A stretch of DNA of 63,867 nt, counting the filler, from Chiloscyllium plagiosum (Eukaryota): assembly GCF_004010195.1 (NCBI RefSeq). It is 4 parts of 2 records of this genome, joined end to end, with 100 filler letters (N's around TTAATTAATTAA, not from the genome) between each part and the next. Parts side by side here need not be neighbours in the genome. Positions count along the whole stretch, not along the records: positions 47,730 to 60,818 come from NC_057715.1; positions 60,919 to 63,867 come from NC_057716.1; 2 more parts are not named here. The stretch is one strand, 5' to 3'. A program made the translations under genes and the position numbers. Below, in pieces: positions 51,358 through 63,073 of the stretch; the stretch's first letter is position 1, and the number at the start of each line of letters is the position of its first letter. The notes beneath the pieces were generated by a model. It worked only from the letters and a program-made list of their open reading frames with translations. It did no database searches and had not been told where the DNA came from.

Positions 51358-51946
51358 GGAGAAAGTGAGGTCTGCAGACGCTGGAGATCAAAGCTGAAAC
51401 TTTATTGCTGGAACAGCACAGCAGGTCAGGCAGCATCTAGGGAACAGAAGATTCGACGTTTCGGGCACATGCCCTTCTTCAGGAATGAGCAGAGAGTGTT
51501 CAGCAGGAGAAGATAAAAGGTAGGGAGGAGGGACTTGGAGGAGGGGCGTTGGAAATGTGATAGGTGGAAAGAGGTCAAGGTGAGGGTGATAGGTCGGAGT
51601 AGGGTGGAGGCGGAGAGGTCAAGAAGAAGACTGCAGGTCAGGAAGGCGGTGCCGGGCTGGAGGGATTCGGCTGAGACAAGGTGGGGGGAGGGGGGATGAA
51701 GAAACTGGTGAAGTCCAAGTTCATCCCCTGTGGTTGGAGGGTTCCCAGTCGGAAGATAAGACGCTCCTCCTCCGACCGTCGCGTTGTTGTGGTTTGGCGG
51801 TGGATGAGTCCAATGACCTGCATATCCTCGGTGGAGTGGGAGGGGGAGTTGAAATGCTGTGCTACAGGGTGATTGGGTTGGTTCGTCCGGGTGGCCCAGA
51901 GGTGCTCTCTGAATCGCTCCGCAAGTAGGCGGCCTGTCTCCCCAAT
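51358..51946 (-). mobile_element. Penelope-like element 3' fragment (GIY-YIG C-terminus and terminal repeat)
   Basis: IGETGRLLAERFREHL, EERLIFRLGTLQPQGMN; attccc(t/c)...gtgaa duplicated at 51345 and 51947. Confidence 0.9.
51451..51486 (-). ncRNA. Minimal type I hammerhead ribozyme motif
   Basis: Minus strand AUUC-CUGAAGA-A-GGGC(AUGU)GCCC-GAAAC-GUC-GAAU: stem I AUUC/GAAU, core CUGANGA/GAAA, stem II, palindromic ACGU stem III, GUC cleavage triplet. Confidence 0.75.
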
Positions 51947-52103
51947 ATTCCCTCGTGAATAATTGCCATAACATTTAGAATTTAGAATTCAATTTGAGAG
52001 CGAGGCACAATACAATAAAACAATGCAGCACAGGAATAGGCTCTTTGGCCCACCAAGCCTGCATTGATTCCTCATTCTTATTTAGGTTGGCTACTTGTTG
52101 CCC

Positions 52104-52232
52104 TTTCCTGATGAAGGGCTGTTGCCCGAAACATCGATTTTACTGCTCCTTGGATGCTGCCTGAACTGCTGTGCTCTTCCAGCACCACTAATCCAGAATC
52201 TGGTTTCCAGTATCTGCAGTCATTGTTTTTAC
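52104..52232 (+). mobile_element. Short Penelope-tail insertion with hammerhead-like core
   Basis: ctgatgaagggctgttgcccgaaacatc followed by tggatgctgcctgaactgctgtgc; imperfect flanking duplication ctacttgttgccc/ctattcgttgtcc. Confidence 0.75.
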
Positions 52233-52753
52233 CTATTCGTTGTCCATATGCAGTTATGCTCCCTCTGTTCCCTCCAATCATGTGTCTATAAGATATGCCT
52301 TAAATGTTGCTAACATGCCTGGCACCACGGTCTCCACTGACAGTGGTAGACCTCTAACATATTACCCTCCCCTTTCAGGGTGCCCTGTGACATCCCTAAC
52401 CCGAGCAGTGTGGTGACCAGAACTGCATGCAATATTCCAAATGTGGTGTAACTAAAGTTTTGTACAGCTGTAACAATAACATGCCAACTTTTATATTCAA
52501 TGCCCTGACCGATGAAAGCAAGCGTGCTGTGTGAGAACCATTGCATTGAGCTGGGACATGAAATGGACAATGAGCTAAAATAGTGCCACACGCTACTCAT
52601 CTGCAACTTTTAATTTTCCAAAGCTCACCAGCCCAATCCCTGCAGCTCCTGGGATCCTGAAAGGATAGTGCCCGGCAGACATTCCTCACTAAAAACAATT
52701 GACACACATAAAGCTCTAGATCCTCAATGTATAACGTAAATAGTTGTGGTACC

Positions 52754-53317
52754 TGTGACGATGCTGTCACTTTAAAAATGTCATTTTGTCCTTGGGTTTT
52801 CTCAAGAGAGGTCATAAAGGCAGAGGTGTCTGGAAACGTCTACTTTAACAATGGCAGAGGAGTGGCCAGATCTCCCAGTTCAGGTTTTTTTTCTAGTTTG
52901 GTTTAGCTGTAGCAGAGAAGCTGCTTCAGTGCAAAAAGATTCCATGCTTCAGCAGATGGTCCCTGACTTGACTTCTCTCTGAAATCTCTGCTGCCTGTAA
53001 GAACCTGTGTTTGAATTTACCTTTTGCCAAATGGGTGTATTTATGGGAAGTTGTTGGAATGGAACAGTTCCTTTGTTAAGTTGCAGAATCAAATTGGCTG
53101 GGTTTTTAAATTGTAAAGTTATTCTAAATTCTGTTTTCTTTTGTTCGTGCTTCAATGGTAGTGTTTATACAAATTCTGTTTTATTAAAGCCGAGTGGTTT
53201 GACCAGCTGCATCACACCTGGAACACCCACTTCACATCTGCCGTTAAAATAACAAAAAGTTAGGGTCTATGCTACTTTCTTGAAATATTTTGAGGGGGTC
53301 TGGCCTGGTCTGTGACA
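52754..53317. mobile_element. Solo LTR (probably Gypsy)
   Basis: Starts TGTGAC, ends TGACA, 564 bp, flanked by 4-bp duplication tacc (52750-52753, 53318-53321). Confidence 0.75.
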
Positions 53318-53799
53318 TACCAAAATCAACCCCTACGGAACTTCTGCCATCCTGGAAAAGACCCCCTTATCCCCACTCTCTGCCTTCTGCCAGTCAGCCA
53401 ATCCTCTCTCCATGCCAGTAGCTGCCCTTAACACCATGGGCTCTCATCCTCTTAACTGGAAGAATAAAAAATCTAGGAATCAAAGAGGTATTGGAAAGGG
53501 AACACAATGGTTCCAAAAATATAAAGGAGGTGGGTAGAAGCTAAAAGTGACTTCACAGGGAAGAAAATGCTTCCATTTGTACACATTTGATCATACTCAA
53601 GCTAATTCCTCGAAATTAAATGGAAGGTCAATTTTAGTAATTGGATTGCATAAGCAATCTTCATGAAGGAGGATATTGGAGAAGCAAATGATTTTAAAAC
53701 TTAAAATGAAAGAATTCCCTCAGAACATATTTAGAAGGGGAGAATGGCTCAGGATAGTCAAGAAATTTCTTGCTCAAATATTGCAAAAGGAAATCAGAT

Positions 53800-54590
53800 C
53801 ACTGGATTTGATTTGATTTACTGTCACTTGTACCTAAGTACAGAGAAAAGCTTTGTTTGCGAGCAGTACAGGCAAATCATTGTAAGCAAGGACATACAGG
53901 TCATAGAGTGAGAAAACCTTTGACAGATTAAGGCATACAGGTTATACCGATCAGGACATGCACTAGGCAAGAACAACATTAATAAGATCAACATTATTTG
54001 AAGGTAGAGAGTCTGTTCATCAGTTTAATAACAGCAGGGAAGCTGTTCCTGAACCTGCTGGTGTGTGTGTTCACGCTCCTGTATCTTCTGCCTGATGGGA
54101 GAGGTTATAGGAGAGCATTACCGGGATGAGATGGGTCTTTGATGATGTTGGCAGCCTTTCTGCAGCAGCGCGATGTGTAAATGGAGTCCATGGATGGAAG
54201 GTGGGCTGTGCACACAACCTTCTGTAATTTCTTACAGTCCTGAGCAGAGCAGTTGCCACGCCAGGCCATTATGGACCCAGGCAGTATGCTTTCAGTGGTG
54301 CATCTGTAAAAGTTGATGAGGGTCCTTATGGACAGGTCAAACTTCCTGAGGCTCCTGATGAAAGTGAGGCATGTGCCTTCTTGACAGTCACATCTACATG
54401 GGAAGCCCAGGTCAGGTTGTTGGTTTTTGTCACTCTGAGGAACTTGAAGCTCTCAACCCTCTCAGCCTCTGTTTCGTTGATGTAGATGGAGGTGTGCTCT
54501 CCTCCTTTCTTTCTGAAGTCAATGATCAGTTCTTTAGTTTTGCCAACATTGAGAAAGAAGTGGTTAACATTGGATCACATCGCCAAACCA
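53800..54590 (-). mobile_element. Rex1/Babar-like LINE 3' fragment
   Basis: Reverse-complement similarity to 16395-17440 (ctcaatgttggcaaaactaaagaactgatcattgacttcag). Confidence 0.72.
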
Positions 54591-54775
54591 TCTATTGTCT
54601 TTCCAAAGTTCTGAATATTTTATTTTAAAAGTAAAGTCTTTTTCTAATTAAGGAGAGAAGCCAAATCAACATATTGAGTCACTGGAGAAGTCAGTCATTG
54701 ATACAGCTCTTGAGACATTTGTCTTCCACAGGGGTTAATGAAGGAGATATTCGCAGAGGTTACAAATCTGTTTCA

Positions 54776-55980
54776 ATGACCAAGTTGTGAGATGAAGGAA
54801 GGGCTGTTGATGTCATATACATGGACTTTAGTAAGGCATTTGATAAGGTTTCCCATTGTAGACTAATGGAGAAAGTGAAGTCACATGGTGTGCAGGGTGT
54901 TCTAGCTAGATGGATAAAGAACTGGTTGAGCAACAGGAGACAGAGAGTAGTAGTTGAAGGGAGTTTCTCGAAATGGAGAAAGGTGCCCAGGGGTCAGTGT
55001 TGGGCCCACTGTTGTTTGTAATATATATAAATGATCTGGAAGAGGGCACTGTTGGTATGATCAGCAAGTTTGCAATTGACACAAAGATTGGTGGAGTAAC
55101 AGAAAGCATAAGGGACTGTCAAAGAATACAGGAGGATATAGATAGACTGGAGAGTTGGGCGGAAAAGTGGCAGATGGACTTCAATACAGACAAATGTGAG
55201 GTGATGCATTTTGGCAAGTCTAATTCTAGAGCGAATTATACAGTGAATGGAAGAGCCTTGGGAAAAGTTGGTGGTCAGAGAGATCTGGGAGTGCAGGTCC
55301 ATTGTACCCTGAAGGTTGCTGCACATGTGGATAGAGTGGTCAAGAAGGCATGTACTATGCTTGCCTTCATTGGACGGGGTATTGTGTATAAGAGCTGGCA
55401 AGTCATGTTAAAATTGTACAAGACATTGGTTTAGCTGCATTTAGAATACTGTGTACAGTTCTGGGCGTCACATTACCAAAAGGATGTGGATGCTTTGGAG
55501 AGGGTGCAGAGAAGGTTTACGAGGATGTTGCCTGGTATGGAAGGTGCTCGTTATGAAGAGAGGTTGAGTAGGTTAGGATTGTTTTCACTAGAAAAAAGAA
55601 GATTGAGGAGGGACCTGATTGAGGTTTACAAAATCATGAAGGGTGTGGACAAGGTGGATAGAAACAAGCTTTTTCCCAGGGTGAAGGATTCAATAATGAG
55701 AGGTCACACTTTCAAGGTGAGAGGTGGAAAGTTTAAGAGGGATACATGCAGCAAGTACTTCACACAGAGGGTGGTGGGCGTCTGGAATGCATTGCCAGCA
55801 GAGTTGGTAGAGGCAGGTACGGTAGATGCATTTAAGATGCGTCTGGACAGATGCATGAGTAGGTGGGGAGCAGAGGGATACAGATGCTTAGGAATTGGGC
55901 AACAGGTTTAGACAGTACATTTAGATCAGCTCAGGGTTGAAGGGCCGAAGGGCCTGTTCTTGGGCTGTACATTTTCTTTT
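54776..55980 (+). mobile_element. CR1 LINE 3' half
   Basis: [27 protein letters not shown] motifs and tail. Confidence 0.92.
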
Positions 55981-56234
55981 TTTTTGGGTTATCGAGTTAG
56001 ATTAAAGAATGACTCTATAAATGGAGAGCTAAAGTGAGAAAACAACAAACAGAAACAGGAGTAAGCAGGTTAGCAGGTGAGCCTGCTCCACCATTTAACA
56101 TGATCATGGCTCATTCGACATTCCTCACACTTTCCTGAACTTTCCCCATAGATTCTTGATCAAGTATTATCTATCTATCTCAGCCTTAAATATGCACTAG
56201 GACACTGCCCTCACAGCTCTCTGAGCTACAACCT

Positions 56235-57775
56235 GAGATACATGTATTTGGAAAGGCAAGGACTGATTCAGGATAGAAGCTGAAAATGTGTTGCTGGAAA
56301 AGCACAGCAGGTCAGGCAGCATCCAAGGAACAGGAAAATTGACGTTTCGGCATGAGCCCTTCTTCAGGACGTTGATTCTCCTGTTCCCTGGATGCTGCCT
56401 GACCTGCTGTGCTTTTCCAGCAACACATTTTCAGCTCTGATCTCCAGCATCTGCAGACCTCACTTTCTCCACTGATTAGGGATAGTCAACATGGCTTTGT
56501 GCATGGGGAAATCATGTCTCACAAACTTGATTGTGTTTTTTGAAGAAGTAACAAAGAGAATTGATGAGGGCAGAGTGGTGGACGTGATCCATATGGACTT
56601 CTGTAAGGCGTTCAACAAGGTTTCCCATGGTTAGCAAGGTTAGATCTCATGGAATACAGGGAGAACTAGCCATTTGGACAGAGAACTGGCTCAAAGGTAG
56701 AAGACAGAGGGTGGTGGTGGAGGGTTGCTTTTCAGACTGGAGGCCTGTGAGCAGTGGAGTGCCACAAGGATCAGTGCTGGGTCCACTACTTTTCATCATT
56801 TATATAAATGATTTTGATGTGAGCATAAGAGGTATAGTTAGTAAATTTGCAGATGACATCAAAATTGGAGGTGTAGTGGACAGCGAAGAAGGTTACCTCA
56901 GATTACAACAGGATCTTGACCAGATAGGCCAATGGGCTGAGAAGTGGCAGAGATAGAGTTTAATTCAGATAAATGCGAGGTGCTGCATTTTGGGAAAGCA
57001 AATCTTAGCAGGACTTATACACTTAATGGTAAGGTCCTCAGGAGTGTTGCTGAACAAAGAGACCTTGGAGTGCAGGTTCATAGCTCCTTGAAAGTGGAGT
57101 CGCAGGTAGATAGGATAATGAAGAAGGCGTTTAGTATGCTTTCCTTTATTGGTCAGAGTATTGTGTATAGGAGTTGGGAGGTCATGTTGCAGCTGTACAG
57201 GACATTAGATAGGCCACTTTTGGAATATTGCATGATATTTTGGAATATCTGGTTTCCTTCCTATCACAAGGATGTTGTGAAACCTGAAAGGGTTCAGAAA
57301 AGATTTAAGGATGTTGTCAGGGTTGGAGGATTTGAGCTATAAGGAGAGGCTGAACAGGCTGGGGCTGTTTTCCCTGCAGCATCGGAGGCTGAGGGATGAC
57401 ATTATAGAGGTTTATAAAATCATGATGGGCATGGAGAGGATAAATAGGCAAAGTCTATTCCCTGGGGTGGGAGAGTCCAGAACTAGAGGGCATAGATTTA
57501 GCATGAGAAGGGAAAGATATCAAATGGAACCTAAGGGGCAATCTTTTCACGCAGAGTTGTATGTGTATGGAATGAGCTGCCAGATGAAGTAGTGGAGGCC
57601 AGTACAATTGCAGCATTTAAAAGGCATCTGGATGGGTATATGAATAGGAAGGATTTTGAGGGATAGGGGCCAAGTGCTGGCAAATGGGACTAGATTAGAT
57701 TAGGATATCTGGTTGGCATGGATGAGTTAGACCGAAGGGTCTGTTTCCATGCTGTACATCTCTACGGCTCTATGA
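56235..57775 (+). mobile_element. CR1 LINE 3' half interrupted by a palindromic Penelope insert (56277-56470)
   Basis: [16 protein letters not shown] motifs; tail ctctatgac. Confidence 0.9.
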
Positions 57776-57979
57776 CAAGAAATTCCTGATCATCTCCATC
57801 TTAAATTAGTGCCTTTTATTTTGAGACTATGCCTCTGATTCTATACTCTCCCATGAAGGGAAATATCTTCTCAGCATTTACCCAATCAAACCTCTTCAGA
57901 ACTTTACATGTTTCAAAGAGATCACATCATTCTTCTGAACTCCTATGAGTATAGTTCCAACCTGTTTAACCTTTGTTCA

Positions 57980-58610
57980 TAAGACAATTCCTCCAGACCA
58001 AGGATCACTCTTACGAATCTTCTCTAAAATGGGACTCGGGAAACAAATCCCTACAGTGGGAATTGATTCAATTTTGGGAAATATTGGCTTTACCAAGGGT
58101 GTGGACCAACCTGTGGAGGTAGAATGAACTGAGAAGTTCCACAAAGAACATCCTAGTTGTTGCTGACTGTGCCATGACAAGATCTCAGACCCACAGAATT
58201 AAAGAGGAAGAGTCTATGCAAAAGTAAGATGACATGGAAATTAAGTTAGCGGACACATGATTTGTAAACCTAAGTAAAAAGCAAGAAGAAAACGAGAACT
58301 GGGCTGACACGTTTAATCCATTTTCATTAGAAATGGAAGACACATTCCGAATTGTGAGAGCTGTATCAAGCAACTTACTCAGAAATTAAGAGAAAATCAA
58401 TACCTGAGTGTACTCATTTGAAAGACAAATTACTGATAGAGAGGGAGACTACCAGTCATTGAGGAATGGACAGTGGTCCATCAGGGGTCAATCCACCTGA
58501 GCTTCATCACAAAATTTAATAAGTAGCTCATAAAGTTCCAATGCTAATTCAGATAGGTATTAACAAAACTCAGGCTAAAATATTAGAATGTTTTTATTGG
58601 CCAGGATTAT
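57980..58610 (+). mobile_element. Degenerate Gypsy pol remnant (protease end followed by integrase zinc finger; Gmr1-like order)
   Basis: IPTVGIDSILGN, DCAMTRSQ, EIKLADT, SIPEC..LKDKLL, EEWTVVHQ, VAHKVPM...GINKTQAKILECFYWPG. Confidence 0.65.
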
Positions 58611-59036
58611 GTGGTCAAGTGGAGACAGGTTACACCTGAAGTGGAATGGGACCAGTATCTTTGGGGAGAGGTTTGTCTGTGCTGTTTGGGAAAGTATAAA
58701 CTAACCTGGCAGGGGGCAGAGACCTAGATAGAATGTTTATCAGGGGAAATGTACAGTTTAAATTAGAAGAGACCGCAAGTGGATCAGGAAGGCATAGACA
58801 TTATAGGCCAGTTAACGCACAAGGTAGTGCATCAAAGTTGACTGGCATTTATTTTAATGCAGGAGTCTGACTATCAAGGGACAGATGTATTGATGGCACA
58901 AATCAAAGCATTGGGCATGATGTCATTGCTGTCACTGAGTCATGGTTGAGGGGGGCAGGATTGACAGCTCAATATTCCAGGATACAGGGACTTCAGGAGA
59001 GATAGCAAAGGAGGTAAAAGTGGAGGAGGTCCCACA

Positions 59037-59463
59037 ATCTGGATGTAGGTTTGTTCGCTGAGCTGGGAGGTTCATTTCCAGATGTTTCGTCACCCTACTA
59101 CATAACATCTTCAGTGAGCCTCCGGGCGAAGCACTGCTGACGATTCCTACTTTCTATTTATATGTTTGGATTTCTTTGGGTGGTGATGTCATTTCCTGTT
59201 CTTTTTCTCAGGTGGTGGTAGATGGGGTCTAACCCGATGTGTTTGTTGATAGATTGTTAAAAGAACAGGAAATGACATCACCAACCCAAAGCAACCCAAA
59301 CATATAAATAGAAAGCAGGAATCATCAGCAGTGCTTCGCCCGGAGGCTCACTGAAGATGTTACCTAGTAGGGTGACGAAATGCCTGGAAATGACCCTTCT
59401 AGCTCCACGAGCAAACCTACATCCAGAACCTCAACCTGAGCTACAAATCTTCTCAAACTCGCT
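59037..59463. mobile_element. Palindromic Penelope-derived insertion
   Basis: ~170-bp inverted arms; hammerhead-like core ctgaagatgttacctagtagggtgacgaaa; aggtcccaca duplicated at 59027 and 59464. Confidence 0.85.
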
Positions 59464-60669
59464 AGGTCCCACAGTATTGATCAGGGAATTGATTACAGCA
59501 GTAAGGAGGGATGACAGAAACCTCCACATGGTAGAACATAAAAACCAAAAAGGAGCAATCACACCACTGGGAGTGTACTATGGACCACGTAACAATCTAA
59601 GAGGAGGTATTAGATGTTTTAGAATGCATACAGGTATATATATCCCCAGGGCCTGGTGAGGTGTATCCCAGGTTGCTATGGGAAGCAAGGGAGGAGTATG
59701 TTGCAACACTTGCAGAGATATTTAATACTGGCCACAGGTGAAATGCCAGATGACTGGAGGATAGCTAATGCAGTTCCTTTATTCAAGAAGGATAGCAGGG
59801 AAAGGCCAGATAATTATAGACCAGTTAGTCAACACTTGGAAGGGTAGGAATTGATCAGGGATTTGTTAGGGGAAGATCCAGTCTGACGAATTCAATTGTT
59901 TTTTTTGGAAAGATGACTAAATGTATTGATCAGGGTAGTGCAGCTGTGTGGTTCAACATGGCTTTTAGTAAGACCTTTGACAAGGTCCCACATGAACGTC
60001 CAATGAAATTTGCAGGTGCATCGTTGTTTAAAATGCTACAAACAGGTGCAGAAAATAGTTCAGGAAGCTAATGGAATGCTGGCCATTATATCTGAAGAGT
60101 TGGGGGATAAAGGATGCAGAGATTATGCTGAAAGGCTAAAAGGCAAATGTGAGGACTGCAGATGCTGGAAACCAGAGTTTAGATTAGAGTGATGTTGGAA
60201 AAGCACAGCCGGTCAGGCAGCATCCAAGGAGCAGGAAAATCAACATTTTGGGCAAAAGCCCCTCATCAGGAATGCAGGGATGTAAAACCCTAGTTAGACC
60301 TCATCGAGCAGATCTGGATGTTTAGGCCCCAGGGGGAGTTCAATGCAGATTTACAATAATGATATCAGGATTTCAGGGATGAAATTATGAGGAAAGATTA
60401 TACAAATTAAGTCCTTATTCCTCATGGATAGAAGAAGGTTAAGGGTTAATCTAACTGAGGTCTTCAGGAATTAACTGAGAAAGACAGGATAAGTAAACAT
60501 AAACCATTTCCACTGGTTGAAGATTCTAGAACCAGGGTCTGGTCTAAGAATTCAGGCTAGGCCATTCAGGAGAGATGTTTGGAAGCACTTCTACACATAA
60601 AGACTAGTGGAGGTTTGGAACTCTCTTCTCCAAATATCTGAGATAGGTAATTGTTTAAAGCAAGGGTAT

Positions 60670-60818
60670 AACTACTGCCCCCTCGACCATGACCCCACCC
60701 CCCATCACCAAACCATCATCTCCCAGACCATACAGAACCTCATCACCTCAGGAGATCTCCCACCCACAGCTTCCAACCTCATAGTCCGGGAACCCCGCAC
60801 TGCCCGGTTCTACCCCCT
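60670..60818 (+). mobile_element. Penelope RT fragment at contig end
   Basis: YCPLDHDPTPHHQTIISQTIQNLITSGDLPPTASNLIVREPRTARFY. Confidence 0.75.
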
Positions 60819-60918
60819 NNNNNNNNNNNNNNNNNNNNNNNNNNNNNNNNNNNNNNNNNNNNTTAATTAATTAANNNNNNNNNNNNNNNNNNNNNNNNNN
60901 NNNNNNNNNNNNNNNNNN

Positions 60919-61461
60919 TGCATAGGAAAAGTTATTTCAATACCCTCACTCTCTGTGTTCAGAAAAAACGTTCTGTTGTGTTGGGTGTCTGAAAACCCCC
61001 TGGGTCTATTGGTTTGTCGTAACCTCGTCATGGAGCATAGCCCTTTGGACTTTTTAAAGGTATGTTGCACCAGAAAATAAAGGATTTTTATAAGACATGG
61101 CAGCCCTTTTTGAATTACGAAGATACAGGCTGATCTGCCACTCTAATGAGGACTTTTATATAGCTATGATGAACTTGACTCATGAATTTAATATCCAGAG
61201 AGGAAGACTTACGAACAAATGAACGTGTATTACTTAACGCTCTTGAAGGTTGAGAGCTATAGTTTTGTTACACTGATTACTACTAAACATTTTTTTTAAT
61301 TTTTTTTATTTTTCTTCGATCCGTTGATTTATCTTGTTTTTTTATGTACATGCACATGGGTGTAATTGTGTTCAATTTGCATTGTTTTTTGAGTTGACTA
61401 CTTATTGGTTCATTGAAGCATTAAAATGATTTTCTCTGAATAAAAATATTTTTGAAAAAAA
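60919..61461 (+). mobile_element. L1/Tx1-clade LINE 3' end with AT-rich UTR
   Basis: Degenerate RKNVLLCWVSENP...MEH..LDFL...DFYKTWQPFLNY, T-rich UTR, aataaa and short poly(A). Confidence 0.65.
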
Positions 61462-62810
61462 TTAAAATGTTATCATGGGTAGAATAGAGTCCCAAAGGAC
61501 CACTTTCTCATTAGTGAGACCATTAATTATGGTTTATCTTAAGGGTCATCAACCACGGGTGACAGGATGATGTTGAGAGGGCGTCCCCTTCGTGGCAACG
61601 GGGAATTGAACCTGCGCTGTTGGCCTTCCTCCGCATCACAAGCCAGACACCCAGCGAACAGATTGTGAGACTGTGTAACTACAATAGATAGAAATAACCA
61701 AAGTCAAATTAAAATATAAATTTTGATAAGAAGGAATAAAGGTACAATTCAAATAAAGGTCAAGATAATGGCTGAAGGGAAAAATATTTCCGCTGGAAAT
61801 TGTATTTCATAGCGAGACAGTTGATTGGATGCTATCTTTGGTTGAATATAATAAGTTGACCCAAGCGAAATAAACAGAATTACGAATTGTGATTAGATAT
61901 CAATAACTATAAAATATGAGTACATTTTTGTTTGGTCTGTGTGAAGCGTGCTAACCATTGTATGAAAGTAAAAAGCTGGTGGAACATATTTTTGGAGGGT
62001 TGGTCCCCATGGGAAATGCCTCCCGAACACAGGGTAGAAAGTGCGTGAATATCGTCTGGATTGTGACAGGAAACCAGGGGGCTGAATGATTGAAAGTTCC
62101 TGCAACGTGAAGCTCAGGAGACAGTCATATCACTCCCGATCTTATTAAATGGTACAACACATTTGAAGGGTTGAATGGACTCATTGTGGATTTTAATTGC
62201 ATGTGATTTTAAAAGAAAAACTCTGTTCCTTCACCTAATGTTTTACACACTGGGACACTGTCATTTTCTTGAAACTGGGAATTATTTGGAATATTATCTG
62301 GAACATTCCATAATCAGCATTCTCCGCAGCATTCTACAATCTGTGGAGATATTACAAAGGCAAGAGGCACAGGGAGAGGGGGGGGGGGGGTGCTGCATGC
62401 AGGAGTGAGAGTGGTGGAGCATGAGCCTTGTTTGGGTGTCGGTGCTGGAACAGACATACATTGAGTGTGAGGGACCAGAGAGCATAAGATGACCCTTATC
62501 CTCGCAGAGTGGGGAATGTCATCGATGTTTGTCCTTGATTGCTGGACATTGCTACAGATCACAGATACTGCACTGAGCTGGGTGGTGAGCTCAGATCATG
62601 CTCGATGGGTCTGGTGGTGTGGCCTACTCTGGGAAGAGATGCATTAACCCAAACCCCAGGATATCTTTGACCCTGTTGTGGTGTAATTGACCCTTATCTG
62701 CTATTCTCTGGGTAAATTGTACATGGCAGCTCCAAACTGAGGAAAGCTCAATCAAGTGCCCATTGTCCTTTAAAAGATGGCACCAGTGCCAGGGATAATG
62801 GAATATCCAG

Positions 62811-63073
62811 GGGCATCCGGGCGATGGTGGGTACCTCCAGCCAAGATGGGTGGGAGAATCGGGTGAGCATTGAATGAGAGGGACACGATGGGTTAGGGTG
62901 GGTAGTTAATGAGGTGAGTTTGATAAGATTGCACCAGCAAACGGGCAGCCGGCGATGGTGGGTACCCCCAGCCAAGATGGGTGGGAGAATCGGGTGAGCA
63001 TTGAATGAGAGGGACACGATGGGTTAGGGTGGGTAGTTAATGAGGTGAGTTTGATAAGATTGCACCAGCAAAC
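62811..63073. repeat. ~131-bp tandem duplication
   Basis: 62820-62942 and 62951-63073 are nearly identical. Confidence 0.9.

Noticed and set aside
62200..62340. Lysozyme-like DYGMFQI peptide on the minus strand
   Set aside because: Short chance match ending in a stop, with no other lysozyme features.
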